Assembly: GCA_010093605.1 (NCBI GenBank)
Contig: MU004187.1
Location: forward strand, 2,036,882-2,100,881
DNA: 64,000 nucleotides
Origin: Lophium mytilinum
Taxonomy: Eukaryota
Reading direction: 5' to 3'
Positions 11,234 through 22,815 of this stretch are shown here, piece after piece. Each line of letters opens with the position of its first letter. Within the stretch, counting starts at the first letter, position 1. A model generated the notes under the pieces. The model worked only from the letters and a program-made list of their open reading frames with translations, did no database searches and was not told where the DNA came from. The position numbers were made by a program, and so were the translations under genes.

Positions 11234-13042
11234 TTACATCCTTCCCATCATAGCAGTAAGAGCCACCTCCTTGACCCGCCGTATATACATCTCGATGGTA
11301 TGTTGCGCGAGGTCGGCAAATATCACATCCCTGAGCTCTTCAGGCGTCACCCGCGATGCAGCCGCACGGCCGTGCCCTTCGTCGCGGAGAAGGACAACAT
11401 CACCAGCGTTCGTCAGCGGCGCAGGCGGTGTCGGCCACAGCGGAAGCTCCTCCCACGGAGTCGGCGGCGCAACAGGACCCACCTGTCGGGACACTACTGC
11501 CGTGCCCCGGGAGCGGCGGACGACTTTGACAGGCGGCGCCGCCGTCGCGCTTACGACAGATGAAGGTGGTGACGCGGTCAACAGTTTCGCGAGGGACTTC
11601 ACGTAGGCGGCGTTACTGAGCCGCAGGACCGGGTCGCCTTCGTTTGCAAAAGAGAGGAAAACACCACATCCGTGATCGCGAGTCGGCAATGGCGTTAGCG
11701 AGAGAGGGGGAGCGCCGAAGGTTACGCAGTTGATGCTGGGGAACTGGCTTGCGAGTGCCGTCAATTCTGAGTTGACGGAGGTCGAGAGCATGTGGCTGTA
11801 CAGCATTGCGGCTACTGCGCCTCCTGCGGAGTGGCCGGTGAATAGAAGGGAAGGCCTTTCCGAGGAAGCAGGGTGCTGTTGTAGCTGTGCTGCGACTTGG
11901 GCCACCATTGCCTTGGTGACTTGAAGGAATCCCGCGTGGCATGCATTTTCTTCGTCGTCCAAAAATCCAACAGGCTTTGCGGCATTTGCGGCCTTGTTGA
12001 CGGCCCAATCTGAGAGACACCGAAACTGAGTACCGCGTATGGAGACAATGACGAGTCGCGAGTCATCGATGAGCTGGTCGTCTACGATCATTGCTTTGAT
12101 GTCTTTGGACGTATCTGCGGGGGTGTATGTTCCCCGGCGAGTGAGTGTTTGCGAGTCGTAGCAATCGTGCGATGCTTTTGCAGCACGACAAACCATAGAC
12201 CACGTTGGAAGGGAAGTGCTGAACGACGGCAGTCGCGGTGGCAATCGAGAGTTTTTGAATAGGGCGGCCTTCTTCGCTAAAGAGGATCGCTCTCGGGATG
12301 CCTCGTCTTGAGGCTCTGGTCGCCTCACCGGAGCGGTACGTGCGCGCTGTTGATATTGCGGTCTGACCGGTAGGCGGGAGTCGAGGGTGTCCTCGCCCTC
12401 TTCTGCAATCCGCTCCGTGGATCCATTCCTAGTGTATCGATCGTATTCGTCGAAGCTGTATGTTGACGCCGCACTGGAGTATATCGATGAGGCGCTGGAG
12501 TATATTGATGAGGCACTCGAGTATATCGATGCGGAATCTCCGGAGTATATTGACGACGAGTCTCTGGAGTATAGCGAGGAGGCACTGGACTGAGTCTCTT
12601 CGATAGTGAGGTCTGCTAATGTATCCAAGGCTCCTTCATCTGTGCCTTCAATTCCAATGGACTGTGTCGATGAGGTTCGACTAAGCGTTGGCCGCACAGA
12701 AAGCTCTAGCTCATTGGACAAGTTGCTTAATGTTGCATCACGCCCTTCGTCACGCTCCAAGTCCGTGCGGATACGGGTAGAGTCCACGAGGATTTCAGGC
12801 TTCCTCGTTTGGGAATCCGCGGTCCCATCCTGTTGACGAGGTAACTCCGGCACCGGGGGAGGCTGATCAGGCACGGGGCTGGCTAGTTTTGTTTTGGACG
12901 AATTTCGAGACAGGAAAGTTGCCGTTAGTTTGCCAGCCCTCCAATCTGAACTTGTTTTTGTTGGCTTCGTAGCTGTGGAAGGAGCAGAGGCGTCGACCGG
13001 CGTCACCTTCGCAGGCTTCACCCTGTGACCTCCTCGAGGCAT
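11234..13042 (-). CDS. class-3 lipase (alpha/beta hydrolase) with a long disordered N-terminal extension
   Basis: Lipase-3 motifs VSIRGT, CHAGF, LLFTGHSAGGAVA (GxSxG), CVTFGAPP, FANEGDPV and a C-terminal His (QH). First ATG at 13042 (MPRGGHRV). Confidence 0.88.
   Translation of the reverse strand: MPRGGHRVKPAKVTPVDASAPSTATKPTKTSSDWRAGKLTATFLSRNSSKTKLASPVPDQPPPVPELPRQQDGTADSQTRKPEILVDSTRIRTDLERDEGRDATLSNLSNELELSVRPTLSRTSSTQSIGIEGTDEGALDTLADLTIEETQSSASSLYSRDSSSIYSGDSASIYSSASSIYSSASSIYSSAASTYSFDEYDRYTRNGSTERIAEEGEDTLDSRLPVRPQYQQRARTAPVRRPEPQDEASRERSSLAKKAALFKNSRLPPRLPSFSTSLPTWSMVCRAAKASHDCYDSQTLTRRGTYTPADTSKDIKAMIVDDQLIDDSRLVIVSIRGTQFRCLSDWAVNKAANAAKPVGFLDDEENACHAGFLQVTKAMVAQVAAQLQQHPASSERPSLLFTGHSAGGAVAAMLYSHMLSTSVNSELTALASQFPSINCVTFGAPPLSLTPLPTRDHGCGVFLSFANEGDPVLRLSNAAYVKSLAKLLTASPPSSVVSATAAPPVKVVRRSRGTAVVSRQVGPVAPPTPWEELPLWPTPPAPLTNAGDVVLLRDEGHGRAAASRVTPEELRDVIFADLAQHTIEMYIRRVKEVALTAMMGRM
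12471..12590 (-). repeat. coding tandem repeat, ~5 units of 21-24 bp, encoding (SS[IL]YS[SG/R][AD])n inside the lipase N-terminus
   Basis: The + strand shows repeated gcactggagtatatcgatgag-like units. Protein reads SSASSLYSRDSSSIYSGDSASIYSSASSIYSSASSIYSSAASTYS. Confidence 0.9.
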
Positions 13043-15248
13043 GATGTAGTTCGACGAGAGGATTGTTGTGCGGACAGAAGATAGGATTGGTGTGTGGGGA
13101 TTGTCGAGTTGCAAAGGCCTCGCCGGCGATGTAGCGAATTCAGTTTGCTTGAATGATGATCACAGGGAGCGAGGCTTAAGGAAAGTACTCAAGGAAACGA
13201 GATATTTGGACAAAGAAAAGCGTAGGGCTCTTAGCATAGTAGTGTGATGATGGACATCTAAACTGCGGTCTGGTTTGAGTCAATCGCTTGCGTCGTTATC
13301 GCTCCGGCCGCTGCATGGAAGCTGAGGGCAGGGCGGTATATTTTGGCTCAGACGTGCGTCGCCATCGCCGACGAATTGCAAGCCCGCAAAAGGCGCCACG
13401 ACATCCGGACATGTCCAGCCATACCGCCTTATCGAAGCCGCGCAGTCCTAGTTGGAGCGGCCAGATGGTGTCTCCGTGCCAATAGTGGGGTTTTAGTGAG
13501 CATTTGTGACGGCGACGGGAAAGCTTGGATGCATCGCCGCTCCGTTTAGACCTTGATATGCAGGGCGAAAGCGAGTACTATACCTGTATAGTCCTAGTCG
13601 ATGACTTGTACATGGATTCGGATCCCCGTTTTGGTGGTCGAGATTCAAATCCGCGCAGCCACAAGTTTTTGGCGTCGGCCTCTTTTGGATCGTGGAGATT
13701 CGGGGGCTTAGCTGGCAGCGGCGGCCTTGCCGTGCATCTGTACCAACTCAGCTGGAGCTCGCGCGCTTGCGGCGAGGTCTATGTAGGTAAACAAGGGTGT
13801 GATCGCGATGAAATAAGGGCGAGGGCAATTGATGTACGAAGTCGACGCCAGGACGCGTAGGTTTCCCCTTAACCTGTTGACTTAGACTCAAACTTATCGC
13901 GCCAATCAGAGCTGCTCGCTTAGCTTATCGACGCTCCCGAAAGGTCCTTCGCGAGAACGTTAAAATATCTACAGCGGGTTAAGAGCTACGAGGGGTGATC
14001 ATGAACGGAGAGCCCCCGAAACAAAGCTTAACATTTCCGGGTTGTCTTTCTTCGAGACTGTGGCTGGCTGCGGGCACACTACTGAAGAGGGGGGACACTC
14101 CGTTCATGCCCAGGTGATCACCCCTTGTAGAGTTCTGGACACTCCGACTACGTGGCGTAAAGCCACAGCCTGACCAGACACAACATCGCTTCACGTCCGG
14201 TGGTTTAGCGCCAGACTGGGTCGACCCTGGTATTCTCTTTGGGTCTAATAATTAGGCGGCACGAAGACTGATTGGCTAGAAGTCAGCAATTCTCCCTTTT
14301 GTAGAGGCGCCTGGAGCTGCTACCTTATACGGTGATTCCTCCTTTGACGAGGCAGATCGGATCTTGCGGCTTGATAGTAGAGGGTGAGCGTGAAGAGAGG
14401 ATGTGCTCATGAAGCACGATGCAAACAGCGAGGGAGTCACTGCCCCGCTTGCAGGCACGCAGAAACATGGCATTCTTCGGTGGTAGTCCAGCCAGCATGC
14501 AGAATGATCCCAGCGCATATGGACTTCTGCCTCTCACTGTACACGGGTGGGTGGGGCAGAGAGGGCATTGGTGGGAGAGCGGGGGGTTTCTTCAGCCGCA
14601 CGCAGCTAACCAATGCCCTAAATGGCCGCGCGCGGTTCCAGTTTCAAAAGTCAGGATGGACTTTCAAGCTAGAACCGCGCGGCCATTCTGAATCTTGGGA
14701 CTACCATAGTACAAATCGGAGTAACCGTATCGACGGATTCGTCACCAAGCTCTCTGCACGCATCGCTTGCAGCCCAAGGCGTCTACGGCTGGCTGAAAAC
14801 TAGATTCCTATGGCTGGCGCTATTCTAGTTCGTTCCGACGGGTTTGTGACATGGGTTCTTATCTCGACTAACCACATGGCAGCAACGTGGCTTGGGGAGT
14901 TGCGCGTAGCTATAAGATAAATCTCCATGAACAGACTGCCGGAGCACGCACGGTCCCCTATGTGGCCATAAATGGTAAAGTAGAACAGAATGCGTGGCCC
15001 GGAGTTAAGCAGTCCAGGCCAACCCTTCTTCTTGGCTGCATGATCGCGTCTTGTAGCTATCTGCATATCGGGCGCTCCATACTAGCGAGGTCTACTTCGG
15101 TATAGGGGAGAGGAGTGTAGTTCTAGATGTTGCAAGGATGTAGATCAAGCTCGACCCTTTCCTAGTGCATAAAGGCACCCATCTTCGCATATTGCTTCAC
15201 AGCTTTTCGCAGGTTCCATCTTCAGTGCAATCGCATACAACTCTCGCC

Positions 15249-16899
15249 ATGGCATCCAAAAAGTCGGCTGATGTCGAGATTCAGGTGCGAGAATCGGACG
15301 CTTCAACAAAGGAATTATGTGACCAGACCAACTCCTTAGAAGAGGATTGGGATGCACCTCATAATAAGGAAAATCCGAGGAACTGGAGTGCCTGTGAGCC
15401 TTGCGCAGTTGAACTCACGATTCGCGAGCAGAGCTGACGTATCCTGGATAGTAAAGAAGGGCTGTCATATTGTCCCAGTGTCGCTGCTTTGCCTGAGCGT
15501 CACGGCTGGCTCGTCCATGATTACGCCAGGCGTTTTTGCGATCGCGTACAAGTTCCATGTCTCTCACACTGCAGCCCTGCTGCCTCTATCGCTGTTTGTC
15601 CTCGGTTTAGCGATCGGCCCTGTGCTTGCTGCACCCATCTCGGAAACCCGTGGTCGGGCTATTGTCTACAAAGTCAGCATACCTCTGTATATGCTTTTCA
15701 TTCTCGGCTCTGGCTTCTCGAAATCTTTCGGAGGCTTACTAGTATGCCGCATCCTCGCGGCGATGTGTGGTGCTCCATGTCTTGCTGTAGGAGCTGGCAC
15801 CGTTGCCGATCTGTTCGAGCCGCGCAAGATGGCCGCACCCGGCGCTCTCGTGGTAATGGCACCCTTCTTGGGCCCTTGTAAGTGATAATTCATCACCTTG
15901 TAACGTGGTACCAGTGCTGATTGATTGTTGCTTCTAGGCCTTGGACCAGTCATCGGAGGCTTCTCAGCAACATTTACGGAGTATCGATGGACGCAGTGGT
16001 CTACCATTTTCCTGGCGTTGGCTGCCTACATTCTCGTTCTTCCAACGCAGGAAACACACCGGAAAGTCTTGTTGAAGAGGAAAGCCCTGCGAATGGGCCT
16101 TCCACCTCCGGAACCAGAGCTCGCGCCGCGCGAGGCCATCAAGTTACTACTCACTATCACCCTTTTCCGCCCGATCCGCATGCTTATGTCGGAGCCTATC
16201 GTTCTCTTGTATTCCGTTTACAACGCATTTACCTTCAGTGTGCTGTTCGCTTTCTTCGAGGCTTACCCATTTGTTTTCATGGGAGAATACGGCTTCAACC
16301 TATGGCAGTACGGCCTGACATTCTTAGGGATTGGCGGTGGCGTGCTACTTGGGGCCATCGGCGCGATTGTGGTCGATCTCTTGGTGTATCGGAGAATCGT
16401 TCGGGAGAACGGTGATCGTATCACAAATAGGGGGCCTGAGCAAAGATTATACATCGGCATGATTGGCGATCTCTGTCTCCCCGTCGGGTAAGCCATTCCA
16501 CAGTCTGAATAGGTTGGATATCTGGGATCTTTAAGCTGACTCCTCCACAGGCTCATCTGGTTCGCCCTCACTGCCAAACCATCCATACACTGGATCGTGC
16601 CAGTTCTTGCTGGCGTTCCATTCGCCTTTGGCAACGTCACCGTCTTCATCTCCGCGGCACTCTACATGCTAGATGTCTATGGTCCGCTGAGTGGCGCATC
16701 TGCCATGGCTGCCAACGGTCTGCTTCGATATACAATGGGAGCCGCCTTTCCCTTGTTTACCGTGCAAATGTACGAAGCGATGGGTGTTAAATGGGCCACA
16801 TTACTTCTAGCTTTTGTTTGCCTGCTCATGGTACCAATTCCTTGGGTGTTCTACAAGTATGGGCCGGGCATTCGGAAGAAGAGCCCCTACAGCCAATGA
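15249..16899 (+). CDS. MFS multidrug transporter (DHA1-like); introns 15394-15451, 15878-15937, 16488-16550
   Basis: Motifs DW...NKENPRNWS, GLAIGPVLAAPISETRGR, GAGTVADLF, GP.LGPVIGGF, WTQW, PEQRL and ASAMAANGLLRY. The three canonical introns restore one frame. Confidence 0.93.
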
Positions 16900-18416
16900 T
16901 CAGACTGATTGAATGGACACTGGAGGTTACATAATCTTATTCAGTCGTTTCATATTGAATCACTTACGCCAGTAGCTGCCGTCAACATATCTAGCATCAA
17001 GTTGGTAGCCCAGGGCCAAGTGCCATCTCCGAGGGTATCGTTGTCGTGTCGCAGCCTTGTGCATGTACGATCGTGTCTCTGGAAACCCGTAAGCTATATG
17101 TTTGGAAGTGGAAGATGGGAAATTTCACCTCGAAAGCGCTCCTGCGAAAAAAGCTCTTGTCACAATGCCCGCATGGCAAGCATTCGATTTCCAGATCTAT
17201 CCGCTTAGGCCAAGTGTATATCAGAGTGCTCGGTGGCCGGTGGTTTGAGTACATTGTGGGCGGGACGCAGAAGTTCAAGAAGAGCAGGAAAAAGGACAGA
17301 GACAAAGAGGACAACAAGACAAGCTTGGAATGCTTCATTAGCTTCATTGAAGGCGGGTAGGCATAGCGTAGTTTTCCCAAGAGCTGCAGTGGCTGAGGCT
17401 GAAGAAAAGGACGACCCGGGAAGCCATGGCAGCGAGCAATTCTCGCGAATATTCACCTCTAATATTAGCAGAACTGAAAAAGTCTTCGATCTGGACAAAG
17501 TTCGCATGGTGCAGGCCATAGGATTGATATTAACAGTGTCAAGGTCGATGTTGCAGCAGAGACCGCTGTTGGAGGGGAATACCCCTCAAGTCTGGGCGGT
17601 CATCCTCTTCCAGACTAGCGTGATTTCCTGCCCTGATAATCAGTCTTTGAACCTCCCTCTACGCCAACATAGCCTGCTACTCACTCTAATCTCTGGTCTC
17701 ATCATTCCCTACCTGATCCTTCCTCTTTCCGAGTCCCACTTGACTAGGGCTTGCGTTCAACTGCATCATACAATTCGAATGGCCCTACGTAGGTAGAGCT
17801 GATAGCTTAGTTTGCAGGTTCTCAATGGTTGCCTACGTCGCGATAGATATTGGAGTAGCAGAGCTCTACTTTCTTCTCATGTAAGCCTATTCTACTAGAT
17901 GCGCCTACGAGTTCTTGCTCTTTCCCTCATCTTACACATTTGGGTAAAGCCTTGGCCAATCAAAGCCCAACCGCTGATCACTCCACTATTATCTCTACAT
18001 TTTCGTCAAAGCGACAGGACGTCGAAGACGCATTTGGTCGCTTTCCCCGGTCCAATCCCTGCATCTAGTCCTTGTGACAGCGGCCACCACCGAACGCCGC
18101 ACTGTTGCTGCACATCATCTGTCCAATGATTCTTAGGCCTCGTCAGGCATCTTCACCGTGTTGCGCGACTCCCACAGGGTTAAGCGGCCCGGCCGGCTGT
18201 GCTGCCGTCAGCTCGCTTCGCGCCATGAGCTGGCTCGTAGATCTGTTCTACATGATAGCCTGGAAATTTCTCTCTTCCCAATCTCCCTCTTTGCCCTCAC
18301 ACTGCTTGTGTTTGCACTTCTCTACATATCCTTGACTATTGTCTTTTTCTGCCGGGTAACTAGTAGAAAGCTTCCCTCTTCAACGTGTGCCCAAGGCTAG
18401 TACGTCGGCTAGAATC

Positions 18417-21400
18417 ATGGATCCTATTACTGCACTCGGGGCTGCCACCAGCGTAATGGCGGTCGTATCCGCTGCGATATCCACAGCAACCACTATCATC
18501 AACCTAATCAACAATATTCAAGATGCACCGGAAATAATCGCCGACCTCAATGAAAATTTAAACACTCTCAGGGTTGTACTGGATCGACTGTCCAAAACAG
18601 AGGCGCTCTCTCAAACGGAAGACGAAAAGGCAGATGACTCCTCGTATGCAACCAAAGATGCCGTCAATGGGTGCAACAAAGTTTTGAGAAGGATGATAAA
18701 TGAAGTTTTGAATCCACTGCAAGAAAAATTGAAAGGCGGTAAGATCCAAGCTGCATGGGCCGTGATACGCACCACCGCATTAGATCAGTCCATAAAGGAC
18801 AACCTAGTCAGGTTAGAGAGCTCGAAGACTACCCTGATTCTTGCTCTAGCCGTTGATGAAAGATAGTTAGATCTCCCTTCGATCAAGTCCCCTTCGTTTA
18901 GACTAATGGTTGTTTCAGTGCAAGAAAGATCGAGACACAGCAAACCACACCAACGAAGTTCGGCTTTCGACGATCTTCCACGTTCGGGTTGAGCTCGAAA
19001 CGACAACAGCGCCTCGACGCGGATGCAGCTCAAGGCACTCCATTGGAGCCGCCCCCACCATACCAAACCCAGTCGCCCGACCCTGCTTTCTCTCAGATTC
19101 TGACATCTGCTTTGGAGCATATGGAGAAAGAAATAGTTGCCAATGGCCCGAAGTCTCGTAATGAGCACAGTGATTCGGTAGTCCAGAAGCTATGGGACTC
19201 TGATTTGAACAAGATTCAGTCTGTGTGGAAGCCAAACCTGCAAACGGTGCAAAATCTGAAGCGTGCGTCCACCCTGATGAAACTTGGTCTGCCTACATAT
19301 GTTCTAACTAACAGCTTCTCTCCGTAGATGTTATCGATGATTACACTTGCGACAGTACGTTACCGATTACTAGCTTTATTTCCATGTCAAAATCCAGAAG
19401 CTAACAACTTGGTGGAAAAGCTTTTCTTCAATCGCTGAAGGCCCTACCCGGAACGAAGAACGAGATTGACGATGCCTCTCCGTTGACACTTGGATGGATC
19501 TGGACAAACGATGAGTACCTCGAATGGCAACGCCCGGAGTCCAAGATGCTACTCGTGTATGGGAAAGCTGGCTCCGGTAAAAGCGTTCTCAGCAAGACTG
19601 TTCTCGGAAGAATCCATGCCGAGACCGAAAAGTCCGACCCTAACAGCGTAGTCGTGCTCTCATATTTCTGTAATTCCAGGAAACGACCAGAAGAGTCTGT
19701 CCTTAACGTCTTGAAAGCTTTCATTTTCCAATTCCTGCGGGCAAACAAGGGAGAGTTCCGCCGCCTCCTCGAAAATTGTGATTCCCTGAAATCACAATGG
19801 AACCCTTCCAACGTGGGAGAATTCGAGTTCAGCTTCGACGCGCTCTGGGATATATTCGAAACTGTTCTGGACTCTCCACAGAAGTCGCGATTTTATTGCA
19901 TAATCGATGCAATGGACGAGTGCGAACATGATGATGATAAAACAAAGTTCATGAAGCGGCTACCACAATTGTTTAACGGCAAGCTCAAGGCCGAGCTGAA
20001 AATGCTCATCAGCAGTCGTCCGGACTGGATGACGGATTGGATGACGGAGAAAGATTTCTCTCATATCTCTCCCAAGCCTCTCGAGATCAGCCTGGGATCG
20101 GAGCTTATGCGTGAGGATATTGCGCGAATTGTAGACGAGGAGTTTCGCCTCATCAAAGGCATCTCAACCATCGATGAGAACGAGAAGGAGATACTCAAAG
20201 AGAATTTAGTTTTCAAAGCAAATGGCATGATCCTGTGGGCAAAACTCGCATTGCGAGAGATTAGGAAAAAGCTGGGCATCACCTTGAAATGGCTAAGAGA
20301 CGTGGTGGAGAAAATGCCGACCGGTCTATCGGAGATGTACGATCGTATCTTGGCAGACCTAGTCAAACGGTATGGCAGCAATGAAGAGACTACAGAGAGG
20401 CCTAAGGAAGATTGGGAATCGGATCTATCCCTGTCATGGAGAATAATTCAATGGGTTGCGAGAGCTGGGAGACCGCTGACTTTGGAGGAGTTGCAAGTTG
20501 CAGTGGCTATCGACCTACACGATACTTGCTTCAAAGATGTCAAAGGCAAAACGCCTTTAAACATCGAGAGCGTTGTGCAGCGTATACCATTCCTCGAAAT
20601 AATCAGCCCGGACGAAGAGACCGAGGAGTCTGACGACGGACCGAGCGACAATGAGTTCGAACCTGCTCAGACCATGAGCCCCTCTTCTACGGTCCGTCTA
20701 ATCCATCAGTCCGCGAAAGATTACCTCCTCAAGACTTCCACTCCATTTGGAGGCGAGATGGAAGCCAAGGGATTTACTCTCCCAAAATTCGACGATTCTA
20801 ATATCGCCGCATTGTGCACTACGCTACTGAAGTTCGAAGACTTCTCCGCAGGTCCCGTGAGAGAATGTCCCGATGGAGTTAGGTTTGCAGACTACTTCCA
20901 AGACTACATTGAAGGCTTTGGTCTGCTGGAATATGCGGCTTCGTTCTGGGGCTATCATCTTCAGCGTGTGTCAGAACCGGACGATGCGCTGAAGTTCCTA
21001 GTCAACAGTTTCGCATGCGACTCACCAAACCACGTCCGTCTCTATTGCCAGGTAGGAAACTTTGTCACTTTCGGCCGCGACACAGATTTCGTCGAAGACT
21101 ATTTTGGTCTTCACGTCGTGGCGGGTGAAGGGGTTGACTGGATGGTGCAGTACTACATTGACCGACGCAATAATCTTAACAAAAGAGACCAATGGGGACG
21201 CACTGCCTATATGATGGCTGTCGGCCGCAAGCGGATGAAGAGCGCACAAATTCTAGAAGCAGCAGGCGCTGACACGAGCCTCAAAATGCTAAGCTTATGG
21301 AGGTACAATCCAACCGAATTGCACACAGCAGCCGAGGATGGCGATGAAGATGAAGTGGTCAAGTTATTGGAGCAAGGATCCGAAGTTGACGAACTAGATT

Positions 21401-22042
21401 CCTGTGGTCGTAATGCTCTCTTTTACGCTTGTTTTAACGGAGACGTCGACATCATCACCACCCTTCTAGATGCCAATGCAAGCCTCACCGTCAAAGACAA
21501 ACGGGGAAGGATCCCGCTCGACGTCGCTTTAGACCCGGACTGCAGGGAACTTATCATTCAGAAGATGCAAGAGCAAGGTATTGAGTGCACGCAAAGTCAG
21601 CTCTCGAAGAGCGCCTGTCTGCACTATAACGACCTGCACAAAAATTGTGACCGCTGCGGGATGATGATTTGGGCGGTCTACTACCGTATGTCCTACCCAG
21701 TTCTCATATGTACACTCAACTGCTAACCGGTAGTACATAGACTGCTGCGACTGTTCCGGGAAGAACCCCTACGTCATCTGTGAAGGATGTGCCAAAAAGG
21801 GACGGCGCTGTTTGAACGATAGCCACGAACTCCTCCGCCGCGTTGACGCTGATGGCTTAGACTCGTGGTTTGAATATACACCACATTTGGCGGATATCGT
21901 GTTCGAGGATCCTGTGGAGGCGTTGCAGTTGAATGAAACAGAGAACGAGAAAAATGGGCAACTTCAACTTGTTCAAGACGAGAAGCCGAAGGACGAGAGG
22001 CCGAAGAAGAAAGGCTTCTTGGGACTTCTGTGCTGCTGGTGA
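18417..22042 (+). CDS. NLR-like protein: HeLo-like/SesA-type N-terminus, NACHT, ankyrin repeats, ZZ-type zinc finger; introns 18866-18918, 19263-19327, 19355-19420, 21686-21740
   Basis: Starts MDPITALGAATSVMAVV. Walker A GKAGSGKS, Walker B CIIDAMDE, also LIHQSAKDYL and LLEYAASFWGYH. Ankyrin units (DQWGRTAYMMAV, TELHTAAEDGD, DSCGRNALFYAC, DKRGRIPLDVA). Spliced CDRC..HCCDC..ICEGC..C...H. All four introns are phase-compatible. Confidence 0.9.
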
Positions 22043-22815
22043 TGCATCGCTCAATTTATGCAGAGATCACGTGGCGGTGGTCTGAAACTCTCGTACCGAT
22101 CTTCCAAGAAGGCAATAGCGGACGTTGATGCGAAAGATCGTCCGGGAAGTGCAGCGGACTTTTCCTCGAGGGCGGGCACGTAGATGTCTTGCATGAGATC
22201 CCGATCACTAGGACTAAGTCTTGCCTGGTCAACGCCAATATCACTAGGACTTGTGGTCCCAAAGTAGCCTGAGCAATGCTGCTGAAGTCCATCTTCAGTC
22301 GTCTCCTCTGGGTTCCTTTGTCCTTCTTCATACGAAACTCCCTGTAAGCTTTCGTCGACACGGCTAGGCAGGGCTTCAACTCGTCGAAGGTGAACCGGGG
22401 CTCAGTTTCGTAAATGCGACCGACAATGGTTCCACGTGATCAGAAGCGGCGTAGGGTATGGTCAACAGTTATCTAGCTAGCTCCCGGAGGGGTTGGCATG
22501 CCGTCAGATTATGCCGCGCTGCTTGAAGCCGTTGGTGGGCGAGTTCAACGGCTCATTCCAAGTAGTCATGGATGGAATCCGGCGAGATCAAGAGCCCGCT
22601 CGTCACTCTTCTTCTTGGGCCCAGTTGAGTTTTATCATCGTATTGCCCAAAGACATATGGGCCAGGGTAATTGCTAGTGCGGTTGGGCCGCTTCAGCAAT
22701 ATAGAGTAGTGAGGTAAGACTCGTTTCAAGAGTCTATGGTTTCTAAGATTTAAGTGGAATTGCCCTAAAAATATCTTATCCAAAAATAACGCGCAAAAAC
22801 CATACCTAACTATTC

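Noticed and set aside
13630..13670. T-loop-like GATTCAAATCC followed by a T-run, suggesting a tRNA 3' end
   Set aside because: The T-stem pairs poorly, and no matching acceptor 5' strand, D-arm or anticodon arm was found upstream.
16909..18400. ORFs between the MFS gene and the second NACHT gene
   Set aside because: No recognisable motifs, and most begin at non-ATG starts; treated as intergenic.
20023..20046. 12-bp duplication encoding DWMT-DWMT in the NACHT domain
   Set aside because: A real but trivial in-frame slippage duplication with no evidence of function.
22056..22783. Protein-like fragments on the minus strand between the NLR and the PLC gene
   Set aside because: Short frames broken by stops, with no recognisable motif or consistent splice model; possibly a decayed gene but unsupported.
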